Virus record (IMG/VR): IMGVR_UViG_3300026116_000007
DNA from: an uncultured virus (IMG/VR IMGVR_UViG_3300026116_000007)
Lineage: Duplodnaviria; Heunggongvirae; Uroviricota; Caudoviricetes
Strand: one strand, 5' to 3'
Length of the DNA stretch: 64,000 nucleotides
In this document: positions 10,097 through 21,183 of the stretch, in pieces
Position numbering within the stretch: the stretch's first letter is position 1
Layout: each line of letters begins with the position of its first letter
The notes under the pieces: model-generated
What the model saw: only the letters and a program-made list of their open reading frames with translations
What the model was told of the DNA's origin: nothing
Databases searched by the model: none
Made by a program: the position numbers and the translations under genes

Positions 10097-10990
10097 TCAT
10101 CCAACCATCCTATAGAATATTGTGGCCAATATATACGGCGCACCCGGTGTGACAGTTTTTGTAGCAGTGATATCCAGGTATTTATCCGTGGTCCCGGTCA
10201 AAGCATTGACCGTCACATTGTGCCGGGTAGGTGTGGAAGCTGTATCTGCTGATGTGTTGAACGATCCCAGACTTGTATTTGATGGTCGGCGAGTAAAAGC
10301 AATTGTCCAGTACGATGTTCCACTGTTGGTGGTCAACACATTGGTTTGACATGCAATCCTGGTTACATATAAATCATATGTGGCATTGTCCAAGACCATA
10401 TAGGCCGCTGTTTGGGGTGATACTGTAGATGTTCCGGTCAAAAGATCCTGCATGCTAATGGATATCGCGTACTCCTGGACCGTCAGCCAGCGGGTGCCAT
10501 CATAATAATATAGAAGTCCTCGATCGGTCCTGAAGTATAAATCATTGGTGGCTGGACTACCAGGGAATGATGTACCTGCTGGGACACCAGTTCCTAATCC
10601 TAGTTGAACAGCCCCAAAAAGAAGCGCGACAGGAGTAGCTGACGTTCCAAGAGCCTGAGCAAAATCACCTGATACTTGTGGAGCTGCATGGCGAACTCCT
10701 TGCTTAGCTACCGTATGAGTCTTGACCAAGTCTCCAATACTTCCTGTTCCTGACAAATTTATGGTTGACACATATCCACTAAATGCTACTAGGCCACTTG
10801 CATTATTAGCAATTCCATTTGGCTCAAGCACGACCCCAATTCTTCCAGATGTAAACGCACCTGCCGTATTTGTTGTAAAAGCAACGGCATTCGCTGTATC
10901 AATCACAACTACATCTCCAAGGGCTACACTCCCACCTGATTTATTAGTAAGTATTGCTGTTTCAGTCCTGCCTACCGCTGTATTTGCCAT
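10097..10990 (-). CDS. Tail fiber-associated structural protein
   Basis: Gly/Thr-rich beta content, PATNDLYFRTD..LYYYDG fiber motif; end of tail module. Confidence 0.65.
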   Translation of the reverse strand: MANTAVGRTETAILTNKSGGSVALGDVVVIDTANAVAFTTNTAGAFTSGRIGVVLEPNGIANNASGLVAFSGYVSTINLSGTGSIGDLVKTHTVAKQGVRHAAPQVSGDFAQALGTSATPVALLFGAVQLGLGTGVPAGTSFPGSPATNDLYFRTDRGLLYYYDGTRWLTVQEYAISISMQDLLTGTSTVSPQTAAYMVLDNATYDLYVTRIACQTNVLTTNSGTSYWTIAFTRRPSNTSLGSFNTSADTASTPTRHNVTVNALTGTTDKYLDITATKTVTPGAPYILATIFYRMVG

Positions 10991-10991
10991 T

Positions 10992-13160
10992 TTACACCTG
11001 TGCTACTACATAGTCTGCCACTACAATATGAGCCGCGGTGACAGCCGAATCAAATACCACTTGAGTCATATCTGTGGATAGTGAATATATAAGTGGATCC
11101 ACCAGGGATCCATTATCGAAAACATTCAGTAAACTTTCAGCCACATCCGGCAGGTCGAACGTGGTCCCACCACCGGATGTCCAGCGCGCTACGCCCTGCA
11201 CTTGACCAGTACCACTTGAACTTGTTGCTGTTGATGCAATTGATAAATCATTCCCACTTGGGGTAATTGATATACCTGTTCCCTCTGAAATCGTTACATC
11301 ACCATAAAGAGCAGTACCGGCAAGTTTAGCTAGTGAATGGACGCCTTTATGAACATGGTCATCCCTACTCGCCGCTGTTCCAGTACCCGCTGAATCACTC
11401 GAACCTACGTCTTGTGGAGTAGCCGATGAAAGATTTGCCAGTGTCGTTATATTTGTGCAACTGGTTTGAGAAAGTGCAGATGTAAAATATCTTGTTTCGT
11501 ATAACCCAATTGCTCCATACGTACAAGTGTTGAGAGAAATAGCAGCTGCGGCGGTAGATGGAGAATTGCCAATAAGAACAACATCGTCAATCACAAAATA
11601 ATTTACACTTGTCAATGAAATAGCATTTGTACCAGTAGATGTATATAAAGCGACCTGACAGCCATTGATAATCAATATGTCCCAGGTGGTGATATGGATT
11701 GCATTCGTTATAATATTCTCGAATGAGCTATTTGCAATCAGGATAATGCTAGTTGTTCCAGCACCGTTTACGTCTATCCCATATGTGAATTTCTTCCCGT
11801 CATTTGCGCCATTAGTCTTGACATTGACAATCTTTCCTCCACCACTTGACTCTACTCTAATTCCAGCCGTTGAGTCTCTTACTTTTGCGACGAATATGCT
11901 GTCACTAATGGACCAATCACCAGCATCTCCAAGAACTGTATTCCTTACTCTTACTCCATAACGAACAGGCGCAACAATGTAGCAACCATGCATGTACCAT
12001 TGGTTACCAACCTGAACATCGACATTATCATAAAATCCATAAACGCTAATTCCTTCATAACATACTTCTTGTTGAGCGTTTGCGCTACTACATTTTATTC
12101 CCGAGCCAGCTGATGGAGTTGCATTTGTATTTGTTAGAGCCAAATCCTTGAATAATACTTTGTCAGCAGTCACCGTGAAAAGAACTGCAGTTGCGCTACT
12201 ACACTTTATTTCTGAGACTGCATTTGCCCCATAATAGTCTGCCTTTCCATCACCCACAATAAGGCATGGAACAGAGATTGATGTCAACCCACTTGAGCAA
12301 AGATATATCCCAGCAGGAAAATAAAGAACACCTTCGCCAGCTACAACCATTGCTGCGATAGTGGTATTTATTGCTGATGTATCATTCGTTACGCCATCAC
12401 CTGTTGCTCCATAATCACGAACATTGAACCAACCTAGACCACCAGATCCTACACTTCCTGAGACTGAAGGCATAGGTATAACAATCTGTTCATCAAGTAG
12501 TTCTACTTGACCTTCAAAAAGCAAAACAATAGCAATAAGGTATTCACCATATCCAGGACTAGCGACATAAGAAGGGTCACCAGTTATCGGACTTGCAAAA
12601 GCAGTTCCAGTTTGTACTGATAAAGTGCCAGTCCTATCCGCAATAATGCTAGCATAAATTGCTCCCTCAGTTGGTACATAACTTGAAAGGTCAACCAATT
12701 GATTTGCAATTTTGATAATGCCTGTTACAGTGACGACTGTACCGCCATAAACTAACACGCTAAATGCAGCCCCATCTGAAACCAAAACGGTTAGCTGAGT
12801 AATTTGCTTTCGATTCACCCAAACAGTATCACTGCCAGGAAACTCATGTTGCGTATGATGAAATGCAATTTGTCCGCCAGTGACAGGTGTCAAATAATCT
12901 TCCATTGACTGCAAAATGAACCACTTATTTGGTTGAGTTCTATAAGTGCCAACTAATACGCGTAAGTCGAATGTTGATGGAACAAGAGCACGGTTATAAA
13001 CGTGAATTTCTTTACCATTCCATTGGCGTGCCCACAGTGCACCATCAATATCTGACCGCACGGTTACACCGTCAAGTTTGCCTAAACGTGCGGTTTGAAT
13101 GTTTTGGTATTCACCAGCGAATTGCTGAATATACCGTTGAAAATCAGTTTCGATACTCAT
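10992..13160 (-). CDS. Tailspike / receptor-binding protein with pectin-lyase-like beta-helix
   Basis: WFNVRDYGATGDGVTNDT..LYFPAGIY beta-helix start; ASRDDHVH fiber motif. Confidence 0.8.
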   Translation of the reverse strand: MSIETDFQRYIQQFAGEYQNIQTARLGKLDGVTVRSDIDGALWARQWNGKEIHVYNRALVPSTFDLRVLVGTYRTQPNKWFILQSMEDYLTPVTGGQIAFHHTQHEFPGSDTVWVNRKQITQLTVLVSDGAAFSVLVYGGTVVTVTGIIKIANQLVDLSSYVPTEGAIYASIIADRTGTLSVQTGTAFASPITGDPSYVASPGYGEYLIAIVLLFEGQVELLDEQIVIPMPSVSGSVGSGGLGWFNVRDYGATGDGVTNDTSAINTTIAAMVVAGEGVLYFPAGIYLCSSGLTSISVPCLIVGDGKADYYGANAVSEIKCSSATAVLFTVTADKVLFKDLALTNTNATPSAGSGIKCSSANAQQEVCYEGISVYGFYDNVDVQVGNQWYMHGCYIVAPVRYGVRVRNTVLGDAGDWSISDSIFVAKVRDSTAGIRVESSGGGKIVNVKTNGANDGKKFTYGIDVNGAGTTSIILIANSSFENIITNAIHITTWDILIINGCQVALYTSTGTNAISLTSVNYFVIDDVVLIGNSPSTAAAAISLNTCTYGAIGLYETRYFTSALSQTSCTNITTLANLSSATPQDVGSSDSAGTGTAASRDDHVHKGVHSLAKLAGTALYGDVTISEGTGISITPSGNDLSIASTATSSSGTGQVQGVARWTSGGGTTFDLPDVAESLLNVFDNGSLVDPLIYSLSTDMTQVVFDSAVTAAHIVVADYVVAQV

Positions 13161-16072
13161 TAGTATGACAACACCTTTATCATATTGATATCAGGCAACG
13201 CTACAAGACCTGTTACGTTACCCTCTTTATTGTACCAAGTAACTCCAAAGTCCGGACTATATCGAATAGATGAACCTCCAGCGGCACAAAACCTAGAGGT
13301 TGGTCCAGCAAATGAAAACCACCAAGAGCCAACTGGAAGATTAGGAATGCCAGCCCATGTTGTTCCACCATCACTTGAGCGTATCCTAGCTCCTGTATCA
13401 CCACGAGTCATAAGGTATAACCCAGTTGGGCTACAATCAATATACTCAGGGGATCCAAAACCATCATAGAAGTCTATTGTATGACTAAGCGAAACAGTTG
13501 AATAGGATGTCATATTATTTGAGCCTATAGCAATATTGTTCGCAAATTGAATATCGTGAAATGTTACACCAGTTGAGCTTGCCCTAATATGAGGACGATC
13601 CATGTTTGTAGGAGTAGCCGGACTCGTTACACTTGCTCCACTAGCAGGTAAAATACGAACCTTGCCATTTGCTTGATTTCCGTATGAGGTACACATCCAC
13701 TTGCTAAGACCGTAGGATACCCACCACGTATAAGCATATGTGCCAGCAAGAGCTGTTCCTCCACCGAATGTCCCAGATGTTCCAAGATAAAATCTAGGAA
13801 TTTGGTCATTGCCAAACTGTAGAACTGCTCCCATCGTATCTGGTAAAAGGGTATTTATTCCTAAACCCATTACGCCCCATACATTTGAACCAGTTGGAAC
13901 CAAATTCGTTTGGTCATAGAGAACTGTCCATGCTCCTCCAAGACTAGGAGCTCTTGCCAAAAATGTACTACCGGTTCCTGTATTTTGTGCATTAACATAC
14001 GCACAGTAGCATGCCCCTGACGGTGTACGAAAGAACCTGTTAGCAGCTCCATATTGAGTTGATGTAAGCCCTGAATTGAAAAATAACCATGTTGGAGATG
14101 CTGCATCAAAATCAACAGAATACATGAAGCCAACGTTTGTATCATGAATAACGGCTACAGTTGGTCCATTAGCACTTGGCTCTGGAACGCCAGGAATAAT
14201 CACAGGTATATCTGGAAGAGGAGGAAAGCTAGGACTTGGGGGATTATCAGTGTCAACACTTCCAGGGGTATCACCTTGTCGAGCCTCTGACTCTACAGTT
14301 TCACCTTCGAATACAACTGAAGCATATAAGTATCCACTCTCAGGGTCATGAACATAACTTACTGAAAGTGGGATTAGTCCACCAGAGTATGCCCATCCTC
14401 TAATGTTATCTGAAGTCGAAATACTAATGCTGCAACGTTGATTAGGAAATAAATCAATCAGTGAAATAGGAGCAGCCAAACTCAGTGGTATACTAGGAAA
14501 TGGATTATTGCGCCAACTTCGATATAATCCAGAAAGGGTAATCACCTGTGATTGAGATGAAAGAAGAAGATTTGGTTGTAACTCCCATGCGCCATAATGT
14601 GGTAAAGAATGGCCAGGAGCAAGAGCGAATTTAGCTTGACCTACAGTAGGGCCAGTAACAATTACTCCAGACATATCTACAATTCCAACTTCTGGAACAA
14701 TGACCCTTTGAAATGAAATTCCATCATGAATGTCTGATTGAGTAAGTGTCATCACCGTTGGAAAAGTTCTAGACGCATATGGAATAAGATTGGGATGAAT
14801 TGATATTGATAATTGTCCCTGAGGATTGAAACCAGGTCTTGCATAGATTTGAGCCCAAGTCATTTCCTGGATTTGAGACCATAAATTTTGTGCAGAGCTA
14901 CTAACCTCTTGTGTCAAACGAGTATCGCTTGTGAGTGTCACATCAGCGACCCTGGTTATGGTTGACCTCCAACGGAGGAAATGATAAACTCCTAGGTCAA
15001 CAGTAAGGCTTGCCACGTTAGTCCATCCACTAGCAGCTGAAACAAGTTCTACTCCATCTGGCCAACTAGGGATAAGGGTCATCCAGTGAGCTGCGCCATA
15101 GGCAGTAAATGTAAGAGAACCCTGTTCAGAGTCAAGAATATTTTCCTCTTCAGCAATCCATCCAACAAATCGAATATTTTCTGAACCAACTACTGCGCCA
15201 ATATTTATTTGAGTTCCGTCATAGTATTCCTTCACGAAGATGATGACCATCGCTCTGTCATAGAATGACGAATATGTTGCGCCTTCTTTCAAAGTAATGG
15301 TGGCTTTCCAACCACCAGATTCAACATCACCAGATAGCTCGTCAATCTGAGCTAATGGGGGCATATTACTTGAGTTCCAAACATAAACATAACGAACACC
15401 AAAGAAGCTTTTACCATTAGCAGCAGTCACTGTTAGGTAGACAATGTGCCAACCAACCGTATTGAATGTAAATGATGGAGTAGCCGTAGTTGTTCCAGAA
15501 GAAGCGCTTGCTGTTGAACAGCTCCACGCATAGGAAGAAATAGATGAGCCTGGACAAAACGATGAACTACCTACCCAATTTGTGACCACTGTAGAACCAG
15601 TCATCTCAACAACTTTGTGTGAGCCCATATTTGGTTGTGGGTCCCAATTTAGGTGCTGGTTCGTATACGTGATTTCATCCATGTAGACTGTGCCATTAGT
15701 TTCAATTCTTACAGGTCTTGCCCACACGCAGAAGTTTGCAACGATGGTTATGTAATCATTATCTGCAAAACTAATCTCACTTGTCTCACTGAGATAAAAA
15801 TGAGTTGCATCCTTATCACGCAAGCGGCACATCCCCTTATCCCAACTACCAGCTGTTGAACCAACCCAAACCTCCATATCAGGAAGAACATCAGCAAGAG
15901 TTCCACTTCCGCCATCATATACGATTACAACAACCTGGTCAAGTGTTGAAAATGTTTGGTTCACCCTAGCCGTATAGATTGTTGGAGGCTTCAAAACAGC
16001 AGCATAAACTAAAGCCCCTTTTCCAGAGGACCTATAGTATGCGAGTTCAGGAGAGGTAGCAGCTCTAGTCAT
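13160..16072 (-). CDS. Large minor tail protein (PKD-like domain, hub region, C-terminal propeller)
   Basis: SYAWS..PSFTFNTVGWHIVYLTVT PKD-like; SSDGGTTW and SPDFGVTW Asp-box repeats; after tape measure. Confidence 0.7.
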   Translation of the reverse strand: MTRAATSPELAYYRSSGKGALVYAAVLKPPTIYTARVNQTFSTLDQVVVIVYDGGSGTLADVLPDMEVWVGSTAGSWDKGMCRLRDKDATHFYLSETSEISFADNDYITIVANFCVWARPVRIETNGTVYMDEITYTNQHLNWDPQPNMGSHKVVEMTGSTVVTNWVGSSSFCPGSSISSYAWSCSTASASSGTTTATPSFTFNTVGWHIVYLTVTAANGKSFFGVRYVYVWNSSNMPPLAQIDELSGDVESGGWKATITLKEGATYSSFYDRAMVIIFVKEYYDGTQINIGAVVGSENIRFVGWIAEEENILDSEQGSLTFTAYGAAHWMTLIPSWPDGVELVSAASGWTNVASLTVDLGVYHFLRWRSTITRVADVTLTSDTRLTQEVSSSAQNLWSQIQEMTWAQIYARPGFNPQGQLSISIHPNLIPYASRTFPTVMTLTQSDIHDGISFQRVIVPEVGIVDMSGVIVTGPTVGQAKFALAPGHSLPHYGAWELQPNLLLSSQSQVITLSGLYRSWRNNPFPSIPLSLAAPISLIDLFPNQRCSISISTSDNIRGWAYSGGLIPLSVSYVHDPESGYLYASVVFEGETVESEARQGDTPGSVDTDNPPSPSFPPLPDIPVIIPGVPEPSANGPTVAVIHDTNVGFMYSVDFDAASPTWLFFNSGLTSTQYGAANRFFRTPSGACYCAYVNAQNTGTGSTFLARAPSLGGAWTVLYDQTNLVPTGSNVWGVMGLGINTLLPDTMGAVLQFGNDQIPRFYLGTSGTFGGGTALAGTYAYTWWVSYGLSKWMCTSYGNQANGKVRILPASGASVTSPATPTNMDRPHIRASSTGVTFHDIQFANNIAIGSNNMTSYSTVSLSHTIDFYDGFGSPEYIDCSPTGLYLMTRGDTGARIRSSDGGTTWAGIPNLPVGSWWFSFAGPTSRFCAAGGSSIRYSPDFGVTWYNKEGNVTGLVALPDINMIKVLSY

Positions 16073-16476
16073 GGTATATAAACAAGGTGAGTGAATATGA
16101 CAATAAGACCGATAGTTTTATCAGCCTGAAAATCTTCATCCTGGTCAGACCAATTCATAATACAAGAATATTTCTTGAATTGGATTACTCCACTGCTTGA
16201 AGTATTAGTGGCAGTTTGAATATAGAGAGATGCACTAAGTGCAGTGCTTACGTAGGCCTTCAGGGTTTCACGATCTTCGTTATTCATTGCATTCCATCGC
16301 CACTTAGCAATAGGAAATCCATTGCCTTGAAAAAGACCACTATTCAATTTTGTTGAAACGCTATATGGCCTAAATGACCAATCAGGATCACCAGGGTAAA
16401 CATCTGAGTCAAGAATTGCGTCAAGCGCATAGAAGTTGCTCGACGTATCAGTTCCTATTTTGAAATCACTTGCCAT
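16069..16476 (-). CDS. Distal tail protein-like
   Basis: Directly downstream of tape measure; size. Confidence 0.55.
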   Translation of the reverse strand: MASDFKIGTDTSSNFYALDAILDSDVYPGDPDWSFRPYSVSTKLNSGLFQGNGFPIAKWRWNAMNNEDRETLKAYVSTALSASLYIQTATNTSSSGVIQFKKYSCIMNWSDQDEDFQADKTIGLIVIFTHLVYIP

Positions 16477-18839
16477 TAGCTCCTCAATATCTTCTGGAGC
16501 GCTGCACGAGCTCCCTCTTCATAAGCTCTCTTATTCTCTTTTGACATAGGAACTTCCATCCTTCTCTGGTCATAGTAGTTTAGTTCTTGATTTGAAGTTG
16601 CCATTTGAAGAGCTCCCATCAGGTTCGCCTGTGTAAGAGATGTTCCCAATGCTCTTTCAGCAGCGGCTGTAGTTGGGCCACTCATGACGAACTCCTTCTT
16701 GTTATCCCAGGCCATTCTATATAGTCCTTTACTAACATATCCACCAGAGTCGCTCGTAGGTGTTTGAGATGCTAAAGAGTTTAGTCCAGCCGACCAATGT
16801 GAGCGATATGTAGCGAACCATGCATCTAAGTCACGTATCATTTGAGCCTGGTGATTTGCCCTTGTTTGTCGTTCACCGAGAAGCTGCGCGTCAAGGTCTC
16901 TAATCTGTGCAAGGAAGTATTGAATTCGTCTATCACGTTCAGCCTTGAATTCTGCATCGAGTTCCTTCAATTTTTCAATTCTCAGCTGACGAATTCTTAT
17001 CAATTCAGCAGTGTGTTCTTCCTGAAGCTGTTTCAACCTATCAGCGGCTTCTTGCTTTTGCTCAGCTACCTTATTTGCATAGTCAACAGCTCGTTGAGCT
17101 TTTTCTTCCTCATATGATTGAGCAAGTTCTTCGAGACGCTTTTTAGTCTGCTCTCTTCTCTCTTTTGACTCAAGGTTTGCCTCACGAATAGCTTCAGACT
17201 TATCCTGCTGATATTTACGTTGAGCCTTTACAAGACCAAGAGCATCTCGCTGAGCAATAAGCTCAGACTCTTTATCCTTTTCTTCAAGAGCCATTTTGCG
17301 AAGTCTCTCTTGAAGTTGTTCCCTAGCCTTGGCCAAGTCATCGGCTTGGTCTTTGATAATGTTATCTTTTTCTTCATTGTACTTTTTGTCAGCCTCAATG
17401 TTAGACCTAGCAAAATCAGCTGCGAGTTTAGAAAGAGAATTGGCAAGTCCTTCATTTACCTTTTGAACATCCCTAGCGTATTCCTGATTAGCGTGAAGCT
17501 CATCGTTGAAGGCATCTTGATTTATTTTTGTCTTGTCACTATTGAACTTTGTCAACGCTTGCTGTTCATCATTCAAATAACTCTCATAAGCATTGAGAAT
17601 TTGGTCCCTTGCTGGAGAATTCTCTACAGAGCCCAAATCAATATCATCAACTGCTGAGGCTGCATCATCAGCCTTTCGCTTGAGAAGGCCAAGAGACTCT
17701 GAAATCTTTTGGAACCAAGTATTACCCAAATCTTTTGGTCCAGCTTGTTGCCCACTACGTAAACTCCAATCTGCATCCTTCCCAAAAAAGTCTCCTAATT
17801 TCTTTGCATCAACGGCAATTGCTTGCTTGATCCATGTAGTGTAATCCTGAAGTTTTGCATCGTGACCCTCTAATTTGTCAAATAGCTTATCACCAATGAT
17901 TAGACCACCAGCAAATGAGCCAAGAAGAACGACAACGTCAAGAAGAGCTGCACCTAATGCACCAAGTCCCAATTTTCCTAATCCACCAAGTCCCAATTTT
18001 CCTAATCCACTAGCTCCTGAACCAGCTACTGATTTACTCGCCGCACCTGCGTTTATTTGAGCGGCTTCAAGGAAAATTAATGAACTTTGTTTATCAATGT
18101 CAGCCGCTTGCTTCCTCAGTGCGGCAGCAGTAATCGTTGCTAGGTCGGCTTTGAGACTAATTCCAGTTGCGGCAGCTTTTGCAATTAGACTTACTCCAAT
18201 GAGAACTGCACCAAGCTTTACACCAGCAGCAATTGCTTCAGGATGTGATTCAACAAAAGAAGCAGCCTTCTCAATAACTTTCGCTGCACTTTGAAGAAAT
18301 GGAAGTAACTCATGAGCAAGAACTGCACCAACCCTTTGAGATGATTTATCAATATCCTCTTGAGCCCTTTTCCATCTTATAGTTGTCTCTGTTGCTTCCT
18401 TGGCTTTTTCTACATACTTATTTGCAAATTCGTATAGGCCAATACTAATGATTGCGCCAGCCTCAAATGCCTCCCTTGAGAACCTTCTCAACTTTACTGA
18501 TGTTTGCTCAAGCTCTCTGGCTGTTGCCTCTGCATTCTCCATCTTCAGGACAGTCGACTCTAATTGACGGTCTAGAGCCTCCATCTGTTTGGTATACCCA
18601 CTTACACCTTCTTGACCTGCTTCCCACACTCTTCTTTGTGTTGCGGCAAGTTTATCAATTTCCTTTTGAACCTTCTCGTATTCATCCTTCCATGCAGAGG
18701 TTGTTGAGGCAGGCAAAGGACCAAGGTCAACGGTGGTTGCTGCCTGCTTCTTTACGTCAGCTATATCCTTCTCAATCTTGGTTTTCGACTGAGGTCCTAA
18801 GGTAAGGTCAACTTCAACCGTATACTTTTTGTCTGCCAT
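16476..18839 (-). CDS. Tape measure protein
   Basis: 787 aa, long coiled coils, Gly/Ala hydrophobic stretches, follows chaperone pair. Confidence 0.85.
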   Translation of the reverse strand: MADKKYTVEVDLTLGPQSKTKIEKDIADVKKQAATTVDLGPLPASTTSAWKDEYEKVQKEIDKLAATQRRVWEAGQEGVSGYTKQMEALDRQLESTVLKMENAEATARELEQTSVKLRRFSREAFEAGAIISIGLYEFANKYVEKAKEATETTIRWKRAQEDIDKSSQRVGAVLAHELLPFLQSAAKVIEKAASFVESHPEAIAAGVKLGAVLIGVSLIAKAAATGISLKADLATITAAALRKQAADIDKQSSLIFLEAAQINAGAASKSVAGSGASGLGKLGLGGLGKLGLGALGAALLDVVVLLGSFAGGLIIGDKLFDKLEGHDAKLQDYTTWIKQAIAVDAKKLGDFFGKDADWSLRSGQQAGPKDLGNTWFQKISESLGLLKRKADDAASAVDDIDLGSVENSPARDQILNAYESYLNDEQQALTKFNSDKTKINQDAFNDELHANQEYARDVQKVNEGLANSLSKLAADFARSNIEADKKYNEEKDNIIKDQADDLAKAREQLQERLRKMALEEKDKESELIAQRDALGLVKAQRKYQQDKSEAIREANLESKERREQTKKRLEELAQSYEEEKAQRAVDYANKVAEQKQEAADRLKQLQEEHTAELIRIRQLRIEKLKELDAEFKAERDRRIQYFLAQIRDLDAQLLGERQTRANHQAQMIRDLDAWFATYRSHWSAGLNSLASQTPTSDSGGYVSKGLYRMAWDNKKEFVMSGPTTAAAERALGTSLTQANLMGALQMATSNQELNYYDQRRMEVPMSKENKRAYEEGARAALQKILRS

Positions 18840-19141
18840 TAGCCTTTGACTTCTTTCTTACTAATTGCTTTCGCATCAGCTCAAGTAGGTCATCGAGAAC
18901 AAAGAAAGCGTCTAACTTTCTCTTAGGCATACTTTCTGCCTCTACAAAGGATACGGGCGCAACCCAGACATTATCCTGATTATATGCTCCGAGACTACGC
19001 CACAATATCCATTCACTCTTATACTCTAGGAAATCTTCGTATGATATCCCTAATTCATATGGAAGATCGTCGCCTTTTTCTTCCTTCAAAAGATTTCCGA
19101 GAAAGGTTATTATTTCCGCTTTCTCGGATTTCTTTTTTTTT
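18814..19141 (-). CDS. Tail assembly chaperone, -1 frameshift extension (gpGT-like)
   Basis: -1 frame is open from the A9 slippery run (KKSEKAEIITFLGNLLKEEKGDD...) to 18814. Confidence 0.75.
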
Positions 19142-19469
19142 CCGTCTCTTTCTTGATGGGTGTTTCATCAGGGAACCATTGAGGATTTAGTCTCAAGACT
19201 GCCTCATACCATTTTTGTATTTCAGCAGATGGCATAAGTATTGCCTCATCCTCTGTTGGAGGAGTTCCTTCAATGACTGCAGCAAGCAGCTTAGGATAGG
19301 TGACCACATGAAAATATTGGCGCTCTAAACCTGTTGCTGCGTCGAGCGAATCAGAGGCGGCCTTTTGCAGCCGCAGAAGTTTTACTCCAGTGAGCCAATT
19401 TTCTTCTGCGACTACAATTCGGTTGCCGTCCTCAAATGTAATTGCTTCAGTTAGGCACTGAACTGTCAT
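19110..19469 (-). CDS. Tail assembly chaperone (gpG-like)
   Basis: Between major tail and tape measure genes, with slippery site near 3' end. Confidence 0.8.
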   Translation of the reverse strand: MTVQCLTEAITFEDGNRIVVAEENWLTGVKLLRLQKAASDSLDAATGLERQYFHVVTYPKLLAAVIEGTPPTEDEAILMPSAEIQKWYEAVLRLNPQWFPDETPIKKETEKKRNPRKRK

Positions 19470-20308
19470 TAGTACTCATACAATGCAATGATGAGTTTAT
19501 CTGCAGCTGGCGGAGATACAAAGTCAACGTTGGCTGCAGCTGGGGTAAAGCCACTCGAGATTTGAGTGCCAGCCGCATAGTCCCATAGTGTGAGAGTATC
19601 GGCAATGTTTTCCTCAAGTGGCTGCTTATCAGCAGGGAATAAGAAAACGTCCTCAGACCCATCTGCCAACCATGCAACGATGTTGAACCTCTCAAATGTT
19701 TGGTGGTCCCAAGCGTGCATCTTAGTTGCGCCATCGGTATTCTCCGTAAGGGTTTGACCCCAAACGTGCTTTCGTGAAGATGAAAGCGAGAGAGCAATTG
19801 TTACATCAATGGCTGCATCATTGAAGGACGGCCACTGAACAATCGCCTTTGCACGGGGGATAAGGTAGTTGTGCCAAGCTTCTACACCATCTTCATTGTG
19901 CCAAGCGAGCTGAGAAATCATAAAGGTTCCTGAAATCTCGAGGCCCTGCTTGTCTGTTCCCATTGGCATACCTTTTCCACCACCAACTGTTCTTGTTAGT
20001 ACCGAACCCAAAGTTGCAAATGTTTCAAGGTCAATATAGCTTACATGAAACTCTGCAGTCTTTGCATCAATGCTAGGCAGATAGATGGTGTCCTGAACAG
20101 CGCCTTGCGAAATGTTCACAACCGTACGAGGAGCGCCTAGGTTAAGCGCTAATGACTTAGGACCAACAAACTCAAGTCCCTCGTAGGGTGTCTCAGCTGC
20201 AACAGGATAATCAGGAGCATCTATTCCGCCATCACTTCTGATTGGGAAGAACGTGGCACGGTATACCTCGGTTCCCCAACCAATTCCTGAAGGAGGAGTG
20301 TATGGCAT
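19469..20308 (-). CDS. Major tail (tube) protein
   Basis: Position, size (279 aa), beta-rich composition. Confidence 0.7.
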   Translation of the reverse strand: MPYTPPSGIGWGTEVYRATFFPIRSDGGIDAPDYPVAAETPYEGLEFVGPKSLALNLGAPRTVVNISQGAVQDTIYLPSIDAKTAEFHVSYIDLETFATLGSVLTRTVGGGKGMPMGTDKQGLEISGTFMISQLAWHNEDGVEAWHNYLIPRAKAIVQWPSFNDAAIDVTIALSLSSSRKHVWGQTLTENTDGATKMHAWDHQTFERFNIVAWLADGSEDVFLFPADKQPLEENIADTLTLWDYAAGTQISSGFTPAAANVDFVSPPAADKLIIALYEY

Positions 20309-20323
20309 ATTGAAATCCTTTCG

Positions 20324-20749
20324 TTACTTAGATTCTTTTCCCATCACGCTAAGAGCATGTGAAAGCTCCGCAGGGAATTTTGCTAATTCTTCAAATAGGA
20401 CTTGAAGGAAGAAGGGCCATCTTCCTCTCGTCACTCTCGACTGCCAACCAAATGGAGTTCCACCGATTGCACCAGCAGGGTGTTCATTCTTCAATGATAA
20501 TCCAAATGGGATGGCCTCAGTTTTCCAACCAAGACGGTATTTGTCAGTTCGCCTATATGGTAGATTATGCTCCTTGTTAAGTTTCCAAAGAACAAACCTC
20601 TTTTGCTTCGGACTATCCCATTGAACTGGATATCTTACAGGTTGACCTGGTTTAGACATCCTATAGGAAATCCTAAAGACGAGTGCCCTAAGAGCACCAA
20701 TTCCAGCATCGTATAAATCTACCGGAAGTTTTTCAATAGGTCTACTCAT
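20324..20749 (-). CDS. Neck protein (HK97 gp10-like position)
   Basis: YRRT..Y..GW motif, basic; position in neck module. Confidence 0.5.
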   Translation of the reverse strand: MSRPIEKLPVDLYDAGIGALRALVFRISYRMSKPGQPVRYPVQWDSPKQKRFVLWKLNKEHNLPYRRTDKYRLGWKTEAIPFGLSLKNEHPAGAIGGTPFGWQSRVTRGRWPFFLQVLFEELAKFPAELSHALSVMGKESK

Positions 20750-21183
20750 ACAGTGAACCTTATCCTCTGAGTGACTATCACGATGAAAGTCTGCCAAACA
20801 AAGTTGGGCCTATTTGGAGCATCTTGGAAGAGTCCACCATTTGCAGTAATCAATGAACGAGAAACTCCATTCACATGGTTCAAACAAGGAGGAGTAATCA
20901 GATTTATCAAAGCGGCTCTAATAAGTTTCATTTTGCCCTTTGACTCATTCATTGTTGTGAACTTGGTGTAAACATCCATAAGAATGTTCCATTCAACATC
21001 ATTAGCAAGACCATCAGCTCTCACGGTTGTAAAAGTGTCAGGCGTAACTACCACATAAAAGTCAGCCCCCTTGTTGAGTATTGCATCATCATCAGTGACA
21101 AATTCGCTCTTAGGGAAAAAGTCCGTAAGAGTTCTTATTCTCTCAACAAGGGCCGCTTCACATAATCCGTAGTAGTCTGTCAT
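20746..21183 (-). CDS. Tail completion/terminator protein
   Basis: Position and size. Confidence 0.5.
   Translation of the reverse strand: MTDYYGLCEAALVERIRTLTDFFPKSEFVTDDDAILNKGADFYVVVTPDTFTTVRADGLANDVEWNILMDVYTKFTTMNESKGKMKLIRAALINLITPPCLNHVNGVSRSLITANGGLFQDAPNRPNFVWQTFIVIVTQRIRFTV

Noticed and set aside
10097..13160. Diversity-generating retroelement targeting tail fibers
   Set aside because: No reverse transcriptase or template/variable repeat pair noticed in the window
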